Shown: piece after piece, positions 55,261 to 63,728 of the stretch | Layout: each line of letters opens with the position of its first letter | How positions within the stretch are numbered: position 1 is the first letter of the stretch | Origin: Candidatus Zixiibacteriota bacterium | Lineage (GTDB): Bacteria > RBG-13-66-14 > B26-G2 > WVWN01 | Direction: 5' to 3' | Assembly (NCBI GenBank): GCA_050117845.1 | Contig: JASFLY010000004.1 | Location: forward strand, 64,001-128,000 | DNA length: 64,000 bases | Position numbers and translations under genes: made by a program | The notes under the pieces: generated by a model | Databases searched by the model: none | Seen by the model: only the letters and a program-made list of their open reading frames with translations | What the model was told of the DNA's origin: nothing

Positions 55261-55896
55261 ATGGGATGGCTCGAAGATAAAGTCGAGAAGTGGGGCCGGA
55301 AAATCCGCGAGTTCGGCGGCGCCGCGAAGAGCGAGAAGGTGCTGGAGGGCCACGAGGGCCTGGCCGAGGCGACGCCCGAGGGCCGGGCCGATTGGTCGCG
55401 CCGGGCGATGGAACGCCTGGCCGAGGTCCTGCCGGACGAGGCGGCGCGGGCCGAAATAATGGGCGCCCGGGCCTGCGTCTTCGTGGAGGAGTTCGGCGAG
55501 GAGCCGCTGCTCGAGTTGCGCGCGTTATATCGAAAAGACGGTTTGGAGGCGGTGTTCGAGGCCATGGAACGGGACCGGGAGAAACACAGCCGGCCTTACC
55601 TCGAGGGGAATGTAATCTACGAAACCAAGGCTCCCCGGGAGCCGGAGACGATGGAGGCCGCCGCCACGGCCGAAGAGAAGCGCGCCGCTTACTGCCATTG
55701 CCCGCTGGCCCGGGCCGGAGCGGGAACGGCGCCCGTCGCCCAGCCCTATTGCTGCTGCGGCGGCGGCTGGTACGAGGGGATCTGGAAGTTTATCCTCGAG
55801 AGGCCGGTGCGGGTGGAAACGGTCCGTTCCGTCATGAGCGGCGACGACTGCTGCACCTTCGCGGTGCACCTGCCGCCGAACGCGGTGAAACCGTAA
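55261..55896 (+). CDS. Cys-rich hypothetical protein (V4R/DUF6144-like metal-binding fold)
   Basis: YCHCP, YCCCGGGW, SVMSGDDCCTF; AAGGAGG RBS; TTGACC-17-TATAAT at 55176-55204. Confidence 0.75.
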   Translation: MGWLEDKVEKWGRKIREFGGAAKSEKVLEGHEGLAEATPEGRADWSRRAMERLAEVLPDEAARAEIMGARACVFVEEFGEEPLLELRALYRKDGLEAVFEAMERDREKHSRPYLEGNVIYETKAPREPETMEAAATAEEKRAAYCHCPLARAGAGTAPVAQPYCCCGGGWYEGIWKFILERPVRVETVRSVMSGDDCCTFAVHLPPNAVKP

Positions 55897-56275
55897 GGCT
55901 GGAGGTAAACGCCGGGTATCCGTCGAGTATTGATAAATTAACGTGGATGTGCTATCTTTCACATGCGGCCTAATCCCCCTAAGGGGCCTATGGTCGTCCA
56001 CAAGCCCCGGTAGGCATTAGCCTCCGGGCGTCGTTCATTTTGGCCGTATTTAGACGGATATGCGTCATAGGGACAGGTTAATTTACACGCCGAAAATGCC
56101 CTTCGCGGCTGGTAACGTTATAATTATGAGGTATTTATAGACTTCGGCCGTACCGGCGGCCCGTATAAATGGTGATTTAGCTTTGCGGTTTTTAACGTCG
56201 TTTTGTGCTATACTTACTCTGTAATATGGTGAGAAAGGCGCTTCGGTATTGGCGGTAATTGGCGTGGGTATAAAC

Positions 56276-57349
56276 ATGCGTAGGTTTTCTTTGATAGTAG
56301 TCGCCGCGGCGGTAACGTTGGCCGCGGCGCCTTACGGATGGGCCCTGCCCACCGGCCTTTCCGGCCTAAGCTTCGCCGGCGGGGCCGGCGGCCCCACCGT
56401 CGCGTTCGCCCGGAGCGAGTACGGCTTCCCGGTGGGCGTGCGCTTTTGCCTCGGGCCGGAGGTCGGCGTGGGATTCGGCGACCACAGCGCCGTTTTCCTC
56501 GGCGGCACGGGCCGCTTCTATTTCATACCCATCAGCGGTACCGCCGCCCAACCGCATATATTCGGCGGCGGCGGCCTGCTCGTCGCCGACGACGAGGGTA
56601 CCCGCGTCGGCGAGGCCGATCCGGGGCCGTACGTCAATTTCGGGGCCGGCTGCGACGTCGATATCCCGTCCTCGTCGGTCTGCCCCTATTTCGACGTCGG
56701 CGCGTTCGTCTCGCCCGGCCGCGAGCCCAAGGTCGATTATAAAGTGGAGGCCGGAATCCGCTTCAACGTATCCCGGGCGCTGTGGTACGCCGAACGCGAC
56801 CGGGAACGCCGGGCCGCCGAGGAGCATTTCAACGAGAAGCTGGGCCGGGCCCGGGACGCCCGCGACCGCGGCGACCACGCCGAGGCCATCGCGCTGTGCC
56901 GCGAACTCCTGGCGGAATACCCCGACCGCGAAGAGGCCCGGGATCTCCTCCGGGAGTCGGAGGAGTTGCTCGCCGCCAGCCGGCCCGAACCCGCGCCGAC
57001 CCCCAGGCCGAAGCCCGTCCCCAAGCCGGAACCGAAACCGGAGCCCAAACCCGAACCGGCGCCCATCCCGGACGAAGCGGTGGACGCTTACAAGCAAGGC
57101 CGGGCCGCCCTGGCCGGCGGGTCGATAGACCGCGCGGTCTATATATTCTCCGCCGTCCTCAACGAGTGTCCCATGTACGGCGACGCCCGCGACGGCCTGG
57201 TGGAAGCCTATACCTACCAGGGCCTCGACCGCTATTCTCGGGGCAATATCTCCTCCGCCCTCGCGTCCTGGCGTAAGGCCCTCATTTACGACCCGGGGAA
57301 CGCCAAGGTCAAGCGTTACATCGATAAGGCCAACAGCGAGCGGCAGTAG
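56276..57349 (+). CDS. Secreted protein: N-terminal beta-barrel-like domain, Pro-Lys-Glu linker, TPR-like helices
   Basis: Signal peptide, amphipathic strands ending KVEAGIRF, (PKPE)n linker, A...W.KAL.YDP.N TPR. Confidence 0.72.
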   Translation: MRRFSLIVVAAAVTLAAAPYGWALPTGLSGLSFAGGAGGPTVAFARSEYGFPVGVRFCLGPEVGVGFGDHSAVFLGGTGRFYFIPISGTAAQPHIFGGGGLLVADDEGTRVGEADPGPYVNFGAGCDVDIPSSSVCPYFDVGAFVSPGREPKVDYKVEAGIRFNVSRALWYAERDRERRAAEEHFNEKLGRARDARDRGDHAEAIALCRELLAEYPDREEARDLLRESEELLAASRPEPAPTPRPKPVPKPEPKPEPKPEPAPIPDEAVDAYKQGRAALAGGSIDRAVYIFSAVLNECPMYGDARDGLVEAYTYQGLDRYSRGNISSALASWRKALIYDPGNAKVKRYIDKANSERQ

Positions 57350-57383
57350 CCGGCGCCGCGTCGAGCGGCATTATCAACCCGAT

Positions 57384-57418
57384 AAAAAAGGCGCCCGTTG
57401 CGGGGCGCCTCGTTTTTT
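57384..57418. terminator. Bidirectional intrinsic terminator
   Basis: AAAAAGGCGCCC...GGGCGCCTCGTTTTTT between convergent genes. Confidence 0.75.
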
Positions 57419-57431
57419 AGGTAAGCTCGCT

Positions 57432-58679
57432 TCAGAGCAGTTCCGTCAACCTGAGCGACACGTCCTCGACGGAGCCGTCGCCGCGCTCGACCGTCAACTC
57501 GAGCACCGTGCCGGCGGGGCCGGAGCGCAGCCGCGCCCATTCCGGCGCGGCCACTTCCGCCGCCGGCCGGCCGTTTACGGCCGTTACCTTGTCGCCCACG
57601 GCGAAGAGCTTCTCCGCCGGCGAGGCCGGGACCACCTTCTCGACGACGTAATGCCCCGCGGCCGGCCGGAGCAGGATCCCCGAGCGGTCGTAGTCGAAGG
57701 GCGCGTCGAAACTCTCTCCGGGCGCCAGGCCCAGCCGGCCCCCCGGGTAATCGAGGCAGAGCGTGAAGCGCGACATCACGCCGAACCCCACGTTCCCCGT
57801 GAGGCCCAGGCCGCAGGTCATGGGGGAGTCGCTCAGCTCGGGCAGGACGACCACCGGCCCGCGCACCTCGTAACTCCCGATAGTCAATCCGTCCATCCGG
57901 GCGAGATGCGCCGCCAGCGGCTTGGGCGCCGCGCCCCCCGCCCCCATGAGGACGGCTGGCAGTTTCGGCTCGGCCTCGTTTATCATGTCGTGTTCGGCGA
58001 CGTATCCCTCGTCGAATACGACCGCGCTGCGGTTGCCCAGGTCGACGACGAAGCCGCCGGTGTGGCCTCCCACCGTCATCTCGACCACCGGCGGGCCGCC
58101 GCCCATACGCGCCGGTACAAACTCGACCTCGGCCGGGTCCTCGAACGCCGCCGGGTCGTGGAACGTGACCGTCGAGGCGTCGTAGTCTATTTCGACGACG
58201 AAGTTGCGCAAAAAGTCCTGGCCCAGAAGGCCCGCTATCTCGAGGCCCGTCATCCGCCGTATCGCCGCCAGGTCGCCGGAGGCCGCCGTGGCCCCGACGA
58301 GCCGGGCGCCACCCACGGCGATCCGGTCCAGCTTTACCAGCGCGATTTCCGACTCGCCGCCGGGGCCGACCATTTTGGCGACGCCTACCTTGTTCCCCGG
58401 CGGAACGTCCACCGCCGAGGCGTCGACCAGCGTCATCGTCGTGCCGGTGTCGAGGATGAAGGGTTGCGGTTGTTCCCCGGCGCCCGCGGCCACGTCGACC
58501 AGGATTAAGTTCCCGACCAGCCGGAACGGGACCTCGGCCGCGTCGCCGTCCATATCCACCTCCGGGGCTTCCATCTCGATTCTCATGGGCACGGGCGTCG
58601 GCCCCTCCTGGGCCCGGGCGCCCGCCCCCGTCATGACGAATAGCGCGGCGAACGCGAGCGCCGCTCGTACGTTATTCAT
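57432..58679 (-). CDS. Secreted two-domain retropepsin-like aspartyl protease with C-terminal PDZ domain
   Basis: Signal peptide, FILDTG...GLLGQDFL, FVVDLGN...GNVG, SPAE...GDKVTAVNG; AGGAGG RBS. Confidence 0.87.
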   Translation of the reverse strand: MNNVRAALAFAALFVMTGAGARAQEGPTPVPMRIEMEAPEVDMDGDAAEVPFRLVGNLILVDVAAGAGEQPQPFILDTGTTMTLVDASAVDVPPGNKVGVAKMVGPGGESEIALVKLDRIAVGGARLVGATAASGDLAAIRRMTGLEIAGLLGQDFLRNFVVEIDYDASTVTFHDPAAFEDPAEVEFVPARMGGGPPVVEMTVGGHTGGFVVDLGNRSAVVFDEGYVAEHDMINEAEPKLPAVLMGAGGAAPKPLAAHLARMDGLTIGSYEVRGPVVVLPELSDSPMTCGLGLTGNVGFGVMSRFTLCLDYPGGRLGLAPGESFDAPFDYDRSGILLRPAAGHYVVEKVVPASPAEKLFAVGDKVTAVNGRPAAEVAAPEWARLRSGPAGTVLELTVERGDGSVEDVSLRLTELL

Positions 58680-58824
58680 ACGGCCTCCTTCTGCGAGGGT
58701 GTATCCCTTTACTGGTGGGACGGCCGGGCCGCAGGCCGGGTTGCAACGTCGCGACCTTTTACGCTTTGACAAACGCGCCGGGCCGTTTTATTCTTGAGGC
58801 CGTCGCTATTTTACGGGAGGTACC

Positions 58825-60162
58825 ATGAAGCTAATAGCGTCAATCGTTCTTGCAACCGCCCTCGCGGCAGCCGCGACCCCGGCCGAGTTCCCGTATTACC
58901 CGGAATACGCGGAGGAGTTCGCGAAGGTGGAAGAAATCACGCCGCTCCTCATGAAGAAGCACCTCTTGAGCTACTGCTTTTGGGGATTGCCGTACGACGT
59001 CGTATGCGAGCCGCTCGTCGTTCGCGACATTAACGGGATGCCGATAGGCTTCGTCTGCCTCACGTACGGCGGCGATGACTTCGGCAAAGTCCGACGCTGG
59101 AACGCCCTCGCCCGTAAACTTAACGCCGGCGAGGGGATGCGGGCGGATAAAATGGCCGACGAGATAACGAGCGCCGTCTCCGCCGGCTTCGCCTCGTACG
59201 CCATGCTGGGCGGCTACGACTTCGCGGTATTGGCGCCCGGCGAGGGTTCCGGCGGTTTCTCGACCGCCCTCAGCGGTTTTCGAAACGCTTGGACCCGAGC
59301 GCGCGTCGGCCTCGGCTCCGACAAGTTACGTTTCAAACGAGTGGTAGGTTTATCGCGAAACCAAATTCGGGCTTACGAATTCGAGGCCCCGTCGGGCGCG
59401 GCGATGTTCGTAAGTCTGGGCGAGTACAACGAACCCCACGTAATCACCGCGGACGAGCTTCGCGCATCCGGCGAAGAAGGCGCCAAGGCCGCCGCGGACC
59501 TTATAACGCGGCTGGAAAAAGAGGGCGCCCTCCAGGAGAGGCGGCGTATCTGGCGCGACATGGACGAGGCCGTGCCGGACGAATACGCCTGCCGGGAACT
59601 CCCCCGGATGATAACGCCGCCGGAGTACGTCGTAACGCCGGAGTTAGCGCGCAAGGCCGCGTTGTGGCTCGGGCGCGAATACGACCCGGAGGAGGGGCGC
59701 GCCGACCCGCGAGTATCGGAAGCTAAGGTTTTTTACGATTACAGGGGCGGGCGCGGATATTACGCCGTCTATCTTTACTTCGGCCCGGGCGAGATGCCGA
59801 CGTGGGAAACGCTCGAGCGGGACGCCGGCGATTATTTCGACGAGGCCGGGTCGTTTCGCAGTTTTATAATACCGACCGACAAGCGCGAGAGTTTCGACTT
59901 CCGCGGGCGGGAGTCGATTCCTCGGACCCTGTACCCGTACGAAACGGCCTGCGCGAACTTACGGCGTTTCCAACCCGCGCACGCGTGGGAGTACGAGCGG
60001 ACGTTCGTAGCCAGAGGCGACGTTTACTTCTTATTCCGCGCCGGCGACGAGGAGGTCATCACCGACCTGGAAGGGCGCACGGTCGCGCCGGAGATTTTGC
60101 CCCGCATTAAAATGTACGTCGACCCGGTCGACGTATGGCGCGAAATCGGGGGGGAAGAATGA
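58825..60162 (+). CDS. Secreted hypothetical protein, two copies of an unknown module
   Basis: Signal peptide, EFPYYPEYA start shared with the next gene; TTGACA-17-TATTCT promoter at 58766-58794; GGAGG RBS. Confidence 0.8.
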   Translation: MKLIASIVLATALAAAATPAEFPYYPEYAEEFAKVEEITPLLMKKHLLSYCFWGLPYDVVCEPLVVRDINGMPIGFVCLTYGGDDFGKVRRWNALARKLNAGEGMRADKMADEITSAVSAGFASYAMLGGYDFAVLAPGEGSGGFSTALSGFRNAWTRARVGLGSDKLRFKRVVGLSRNQIRAYEFEAPSGAAMFVSLGEYNEPHVITADELRASGEEGAKAAADLITRLEKEGALQERRRIWRDMDEAVPDEYACRELPRMITPPEYVVTPELARKAALWLGREYDPEEGRADPRVSEAKVFYDYRGGRGYYAVYLYFGPGEMPTWETLERDAGDYFDEAGSFRSFIIPTDKRESFDFRGRESIPRTLYPYETACANLRRFQPAHAWEYERTFVARGDVYFLFRAGDEEVITDLEGRTVAPEILPRIKMYVDPVDVWREIGGEE

Positions 60163-60977
60163 GGTTCGTAAGCATAGCGTTACTTCTGTTGGGGCTCGCG
60201 GCGATCGTTCATTCCGAATGCGAATTCCCGTACTACCCGGAGTACGCCGACGTCTATTCGCGCTACGACGAGGTAACGCCCGAAATGGCCGTGGCCGCCG
60301 TCGGCGCGTGGCCGGGAACGGCGACCTTTGCCAAGCCGCTCCTCCTCCGCGACGTAAACGGCATGCCCTTCTGTTACATGGTCGAGGCGTTTCCCCCCGG
60401 GGACGCGGATCTGGTCGCAAGGTGGAACGGCGTTATCGCGAAGGTCAACGCCGGCGAGCGCATCCCCGCGGCGGAGCTGGCGGCCGAGCTGGAGGCGCTG
60501 TACGACGTCGAGTACCCGCCCTTCCGCTTCGGCGAACCGGCGGAGACCCGCGACGGCGAACGGAACCCGCTTATCGATTTCGCGGGCGCCGTGGTTTCGA
60601 CGTTCACCTTCGACAACCCGCGCTCGATGCTCGGCGCCGGCGGCGGCCCGCCCTTCCCGGCCTTGCACGGCTACGCCCACGCCTACCGGGAGGCGGCGAC
60701 GCGGTACGGCGGCGGCTTTTACCTCTCCCGCATAATCGGCACGGGCCCCTATCACTCGCAAATCTTCGAGTTCGAGAACGACGCCGGCGAGAAGGTCGCG
60801 TTGGCCGTGGACGCCGGCTACGCCGTCAGCGTCGCGGACCTGGAGGAAAGGGACGCCGCCATGCGCGAGAGGGTCCGGAAGAAGTACGAGTCGATAAAGA
60901 ACGACGACACCTGGGCGGAGGCGAACCGGGCGGATTGGCGGGAGATCGTCGACGGGCTGGATCGGGATGAGCCGTAA
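60159..60977 (+). CDS. Secreted hypothetical protein, paralog of 58825-60162
   Basis: ATGA overlap; MRFVSIALL... EFPYYPEYA, PLLLRDVNGMP, RWN...K.NAGE. Confidence 0.8.
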   Translation: MRFVSIALLLLGLAAIVHSECEFPYYPEYADVYSRYDEVTPEMAVAAVGAWPGTATFAKPLLLRDVNGMPFCYMVEAFPPGDADLVARWNGVIAKVNAGERIPAAELAAELEALYDVEYPPFRFGEPAETRDGERNPLIDFAGAVVSTFTFDNPRSMLGAGGGPPFPALHGYAHAYREAATRYGGGFYLSRIIGTGPYHSQIFEFENDAGEKVALAVDAGYAVSVADLEERDAAMRERVRKKYESIKNDDTWAEANRADWREIVDGLDRDEP

Positions 60978-60998
60978 AACCCCTCTTCACCCCGCGAT

Positions 60999-61034
60999 AA
61001 AAAACCCCAGGGGCCGCCGGGCCCCTGGGTTCTT
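60999..61034. terminator. Bidirectional intrinsic terminator
   Basis: AAAAAACCCCAGGGGCC-GCCG-GGCCCCTGGGTTCTT. Confidence 0.75.
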
Positions 61035-61053
61035 GGCATATAGGCAAGCCGGC

Positions 61054-61866
61054 TCAGTCCATCCGCCTCGCGCACCAGTATGTCACGTTCCGCATCAGCG
61101 GCCAGTCGGAGCCGCGGTCGTCGTGCTCCGGCCAGGGCTCGAAGCCGTCGCGGTCGCTATCCTCCTCCCATTCCGGGTGGGGGCCGGTCAAAAAGACCCG
61201 GCCGTAGCCGTACTCGAACGCCACCATCGCCGGCTCGCCCGTTATGGCGTACGTCCCGATGACGTCGACCCGGGTACCGGCGAACGGTACGAACTTCGGC
61301 CCCCACCAGTAGTGAACCCACTCCGTCTTGCCCAGGCCCCGCGTTATGGGGTGTTCGGCCTCGGCGTAGATTATCTCGCACATGCCGTTTTCCGGGTACG
61401 GGTATATCTCGTTGACGGGGCCGTCGGCGATGCCCTGGAACAACCCCAGGTGGCCTTCGGGATAGGTGTTGCCGAGCCATTTGACGGTGTCGCTGCCGAA
61501 GCAGCTGCCGGCGCAGGTCCCGACGTATCCGCCGCCGCCCCGTACGAAACGCCGGATTTTCTCCTTGCCTTCCTCCGTGATATTCTCCGAGTACGGCCCC
61601 GAGTTGCCGCCCGGGAAGTAGATGATGTCTATCTTGTCGAGGGTTTTATCGTTGACGTCGTCGTCGTACAACCGGACGAGCGTGCACCCCATCCACTCGA
61701 ACATCTTCTCCGAGGGGCCGACGCAGCCGGGCGCCGCGCCCTCGTCGGCATAGACGCCGATTATTATCTCGCCGCTCTCCTCCAGGGCGCCGTCCCCGCA
61801 ATGGACCAGGAGGACGAGTACGGCCGACAGGAAAAGCGAGAGACGTAAAAGCCGCTTCGCTTCCAC
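61054..61866 (-). CDS. BPL_N-like class I glutamine-amidotransferase-fold protein, probable lipoprotein
   Basis: Hydrophobic leader ending LVHC; VYADEGA, FPGG, YVGTCAGS nucleophile, GPHPE. Confidence 0.8.
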   Translation of the reverse strand: MEAKRLLRLSLFLSAVLVLLVHCGDGALEESGEIIIGVYADEGAAPGCVGPSEKMFEWMGCTLVRLYDDDVNDKTLDKIDIIYFPGGNSGPYSENITEEGKEKIRRFVRGGGGYVGTCAGSCFGSDTVKWLGNTYPEGHLGLFQGIADGPVNEIYPYPENGMCEIIYAEAEHPITRGLGKTEWVHYWWGPKFVPFAGTRVDVIGTYAITGEPAMVAFEYGYGRVFLTGPHPEWEEDSDRDGFEPWPEHDDRGSDWPLMRNVTYWCARRMD

Positions 61867-61966
61867 GGTGGTTCCCCCTTCCGCCTTGGTTAGCGTGCCG
61901 TCGATAGGTAATTTACCCCTGAATGATATACCCCTTTCGCGTGGCCGGTCAAGCTAATTTATATAT

Positions 61967-61992
61967 AAAAAAACCGCCCCGAAGGGCGGTTT
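61967..61992 (-). terminator. tRNA-Lys terminator
   Basis: AAACCGCCC/GGGCGGTTT stem with T7 on the minus strand. Confidence 0.8.
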
Positions 61993-61997
61993 GGCTG

Positions 61998-62072
61998 TGA
62001 GCCGCCTGGGATTTGAACCCAGGACTCCCGGCTTAAAAGGCCGGTGCTCTGACCAGGCTGAGCTAGCGGCTC
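61998..62072 (-). tRNA. tRNA-Lys(UUU); CCA not encoded
   Basis: Minus strand GAGCCGCTAGCTCAGCCTGGTCAGAGCACCGGCCTTTTAAGCCGGGAGTCCTGGGTTCAAATCCCAGGCGGCTCA; TTGCAT...TGTTATAAC promoter upstream. Confidence 0.96.
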
Positions 62073-62134
62073 ATTTCGCGCAAGTTATAACAAATATCGC
62101 CTTTTAATGCAAGCCAAAGTACCCGGCGTTTTGC

Positions 62135-63412
62135 CTAAAATAGTTCCCGGCGGTGGAAGCCGTCATCGCGCTCCGGCCCCGTGGAAACGATGGCCACCTC
62201 CGCGCCGACGTGGTCCTCGATGAAGCGGATGTAGTCGCGCCCCGCCTCGGGCAACGCCTCGTACGACCGCGCGCCGGTGACGCCCTCCTTCCAGCCCGCC
62301 AGCTCCTCGTATACCGGCGTAACGTCGCCCAGCCGGTCGAACGGCGCCGGGACGCCCGGCAGCCGCTCGCCGTCCAGCTCGTACGCCACGCATACTTTGA
62401 GCCGGTCCAGGCCGTCGAGGACGTCCAGCTTGTTGAGCGCGATGAAGTCGATCCCCGCGGCGTCGACGGTGTATTTCAGCAACACCAGGTCCAGCCAGCC
62501 GCAGCGCCGTGGCCGGCCCGTCGTCGAGCCGTATTCGTTGCCCCGCCTCTGGAGCCGTTCGCCCAGCTCGTCGTCGAGTTCGGTGGGGAAGGGCCCCTCG
62601 CCCACGCGCGTCTGGTACGCCTTGACGATGCCGAGCGTCCGGCCTATGAAGCCCGCCGGGAGGCCCAGGCCCGCCGCCGCCCCGCCCGGGTGCACGTTGG
62701 AACTCGTGACGAACGGGTAGGTCCCGAGGTCCACGTCGAGCAGCAGGCCGTGGGCGCCCTCCAGCAGGACGTCCGCGCCGGCGGCCAATTCCTCCTGCAT
62801 CGACCGGGAGACGTCGCCGGCGTATCGCTCGAGCTTGGGCGCGGCCTCGCGCAGGGCCGCCAGGACCTCCGCCTCGTCCACCTCGACGCCCAGCGCCTTA
62901 AGGGTGGGGCCGTGGCGGTCGGCCAGCGCGCCCAGCCGGCCTTCCAGCCGGTCGTCGTCGAAGAGGTCGCCGAACCGCAGGCCCAGCCGCGACGCCCGGT
63001 CGGCGTAGCAAGGCCCGATGCCCCTGCCCGTCGTACCCACGCGCCAGCGGCCCAGCGTCTCGTCGCCCGCCTGGTCGAGTTTTATATGATAGGGGAGGAT
63101 GAGGTGGCTGTGCCAGTCCACCATCAGCTTGTCCGTGGAGACGCCGAGGTCGGCCAGCCGGCCCAGCTCCTCCAGGAGGTACGCCGGATTGACGACGCAG
63201 CCCCGCCCCACGTAACAGCGGACGTCGGGCCGGAGGATCCCCACCGGCACCAGCCGCAACACTATCTTGTCGTCGCCGACGATAACGGTGTGGCCGGCGT
63301 TGTTGCCGCCGTTGAACCGGGCCATGGCGCCGATGCGGCGCGACAGCACGTCCGCGACCTTCCCCTTCCCCTCGTCGCCCCACTGGGCGCCCACCATCGC
63401 GACTACGGCCAT
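62135..63412 (-). CDS. purA: Adenylosuccinate synthetase
   Basis: GAQWGDEGKGK, GGNNAGHT, GTTGRGIGPCY, GTYPFVTSS, TTGRPRRCGWLD, KLDVLD. Confidence 0.98.
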   Translation of the reverse strand: MAVVAMVGAQWGDEGKGKVADVLSRRIGAMARFNGGNNAGHTVIVGDDKIVLRLVPVGILRPDVRCYVGRGCVVNPAYLLEELGRLADLGVSTDKLMVDWHSHLILPYHIKLDQAGDETLGRWRVGTTGRGIGPCYADRASRLGLRFGDLFDDDRLEGRLGALADRHGPTLKALGVEVDEAEVLAALREAAPKLERYAGDVSRSMQEELAAGADVLLEGAHGLLLDVDLGTYPFVTSSNVHPGGAAAGLGLPAGFIGRTLGIVKAYQTRVGEGPFPTELDDELGERLQRRGNEYGSTTGRPRRCGWLDLVLLKYTVDAAGIDFIALNKLDVLDGLDRLKVCVAYELDGERLPGVPAPFDRLGDVTPVYEELAGWKEGVTGARSYEALPEAGRDYIRFIEDHVGAEVAIVSTGPERDDGFHRRELF

Positions 63413-63476
63413 AATTCTCCAAACCTCCGGCTGGAAACGGGCACAGAAAAACGGGCGGTATTCCGCCCGTTGCGAG

Positions 63477-63504
63477 ATTATAGCAAACGGGGCCGGGAAT
63501 GCAA
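63477..63504 (-). promoter_or_regulatory. Sigma70-type promoter of purA
   Basis: Minus strand TTGCAT-16 nt-TATAAT with extended -10 TG. Confidence 0.7.
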
Positions 63505-63728
63505 GCACAAAGGGCACGCCCGGACCGGCTTTCCGGGGTGCAGTCAGGTGTTACCATCTGACGGCGGTGACACTCGGGCGCGAACGCCCCGGCGGAGGAC
63601 GAAGGCCGGCCTCGCACCGTGTCCCGTCATTCCGTAAAAACGACACGGCCTCTTGATACCGACGCGGGGCTTGTTATAATCCATTTTAACTGCAAATCGC
63701 CGCCGGAGGCCGCGGCGGAAGGGATTAT

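Noticed and set aside
56984..57070. Short tandem DNA repeat (CCGGAACCGAAA-like)
   Set aside because: Encodes the PKPE linker with varied codons; not a contingency or phase-variation tract.
43976..61998. Genomic island integrated at the tRNA-Lys 3' end
   Set aside because: The region is accessory-like, but I found no duplicated tRNA 3' end and no recombinase.
400..62072. All three tRNA genes lack an encoded CCA
   Set aside because: Common in many bacteria, where CCA is added enzymatically; not unusual.
2109..63637. Many long overlapping or antisense ORFs in the track (for example 2109-4250, 31836-33986, 35727-38003, 36122-37876, 39009-41414, 62153-63637)
   Set aside because: Shadow frames of GC-rich genes: Arg/Gly/Pro-rich or antisense-codon composition, no motifs, and each overlaps a well-supported gene.
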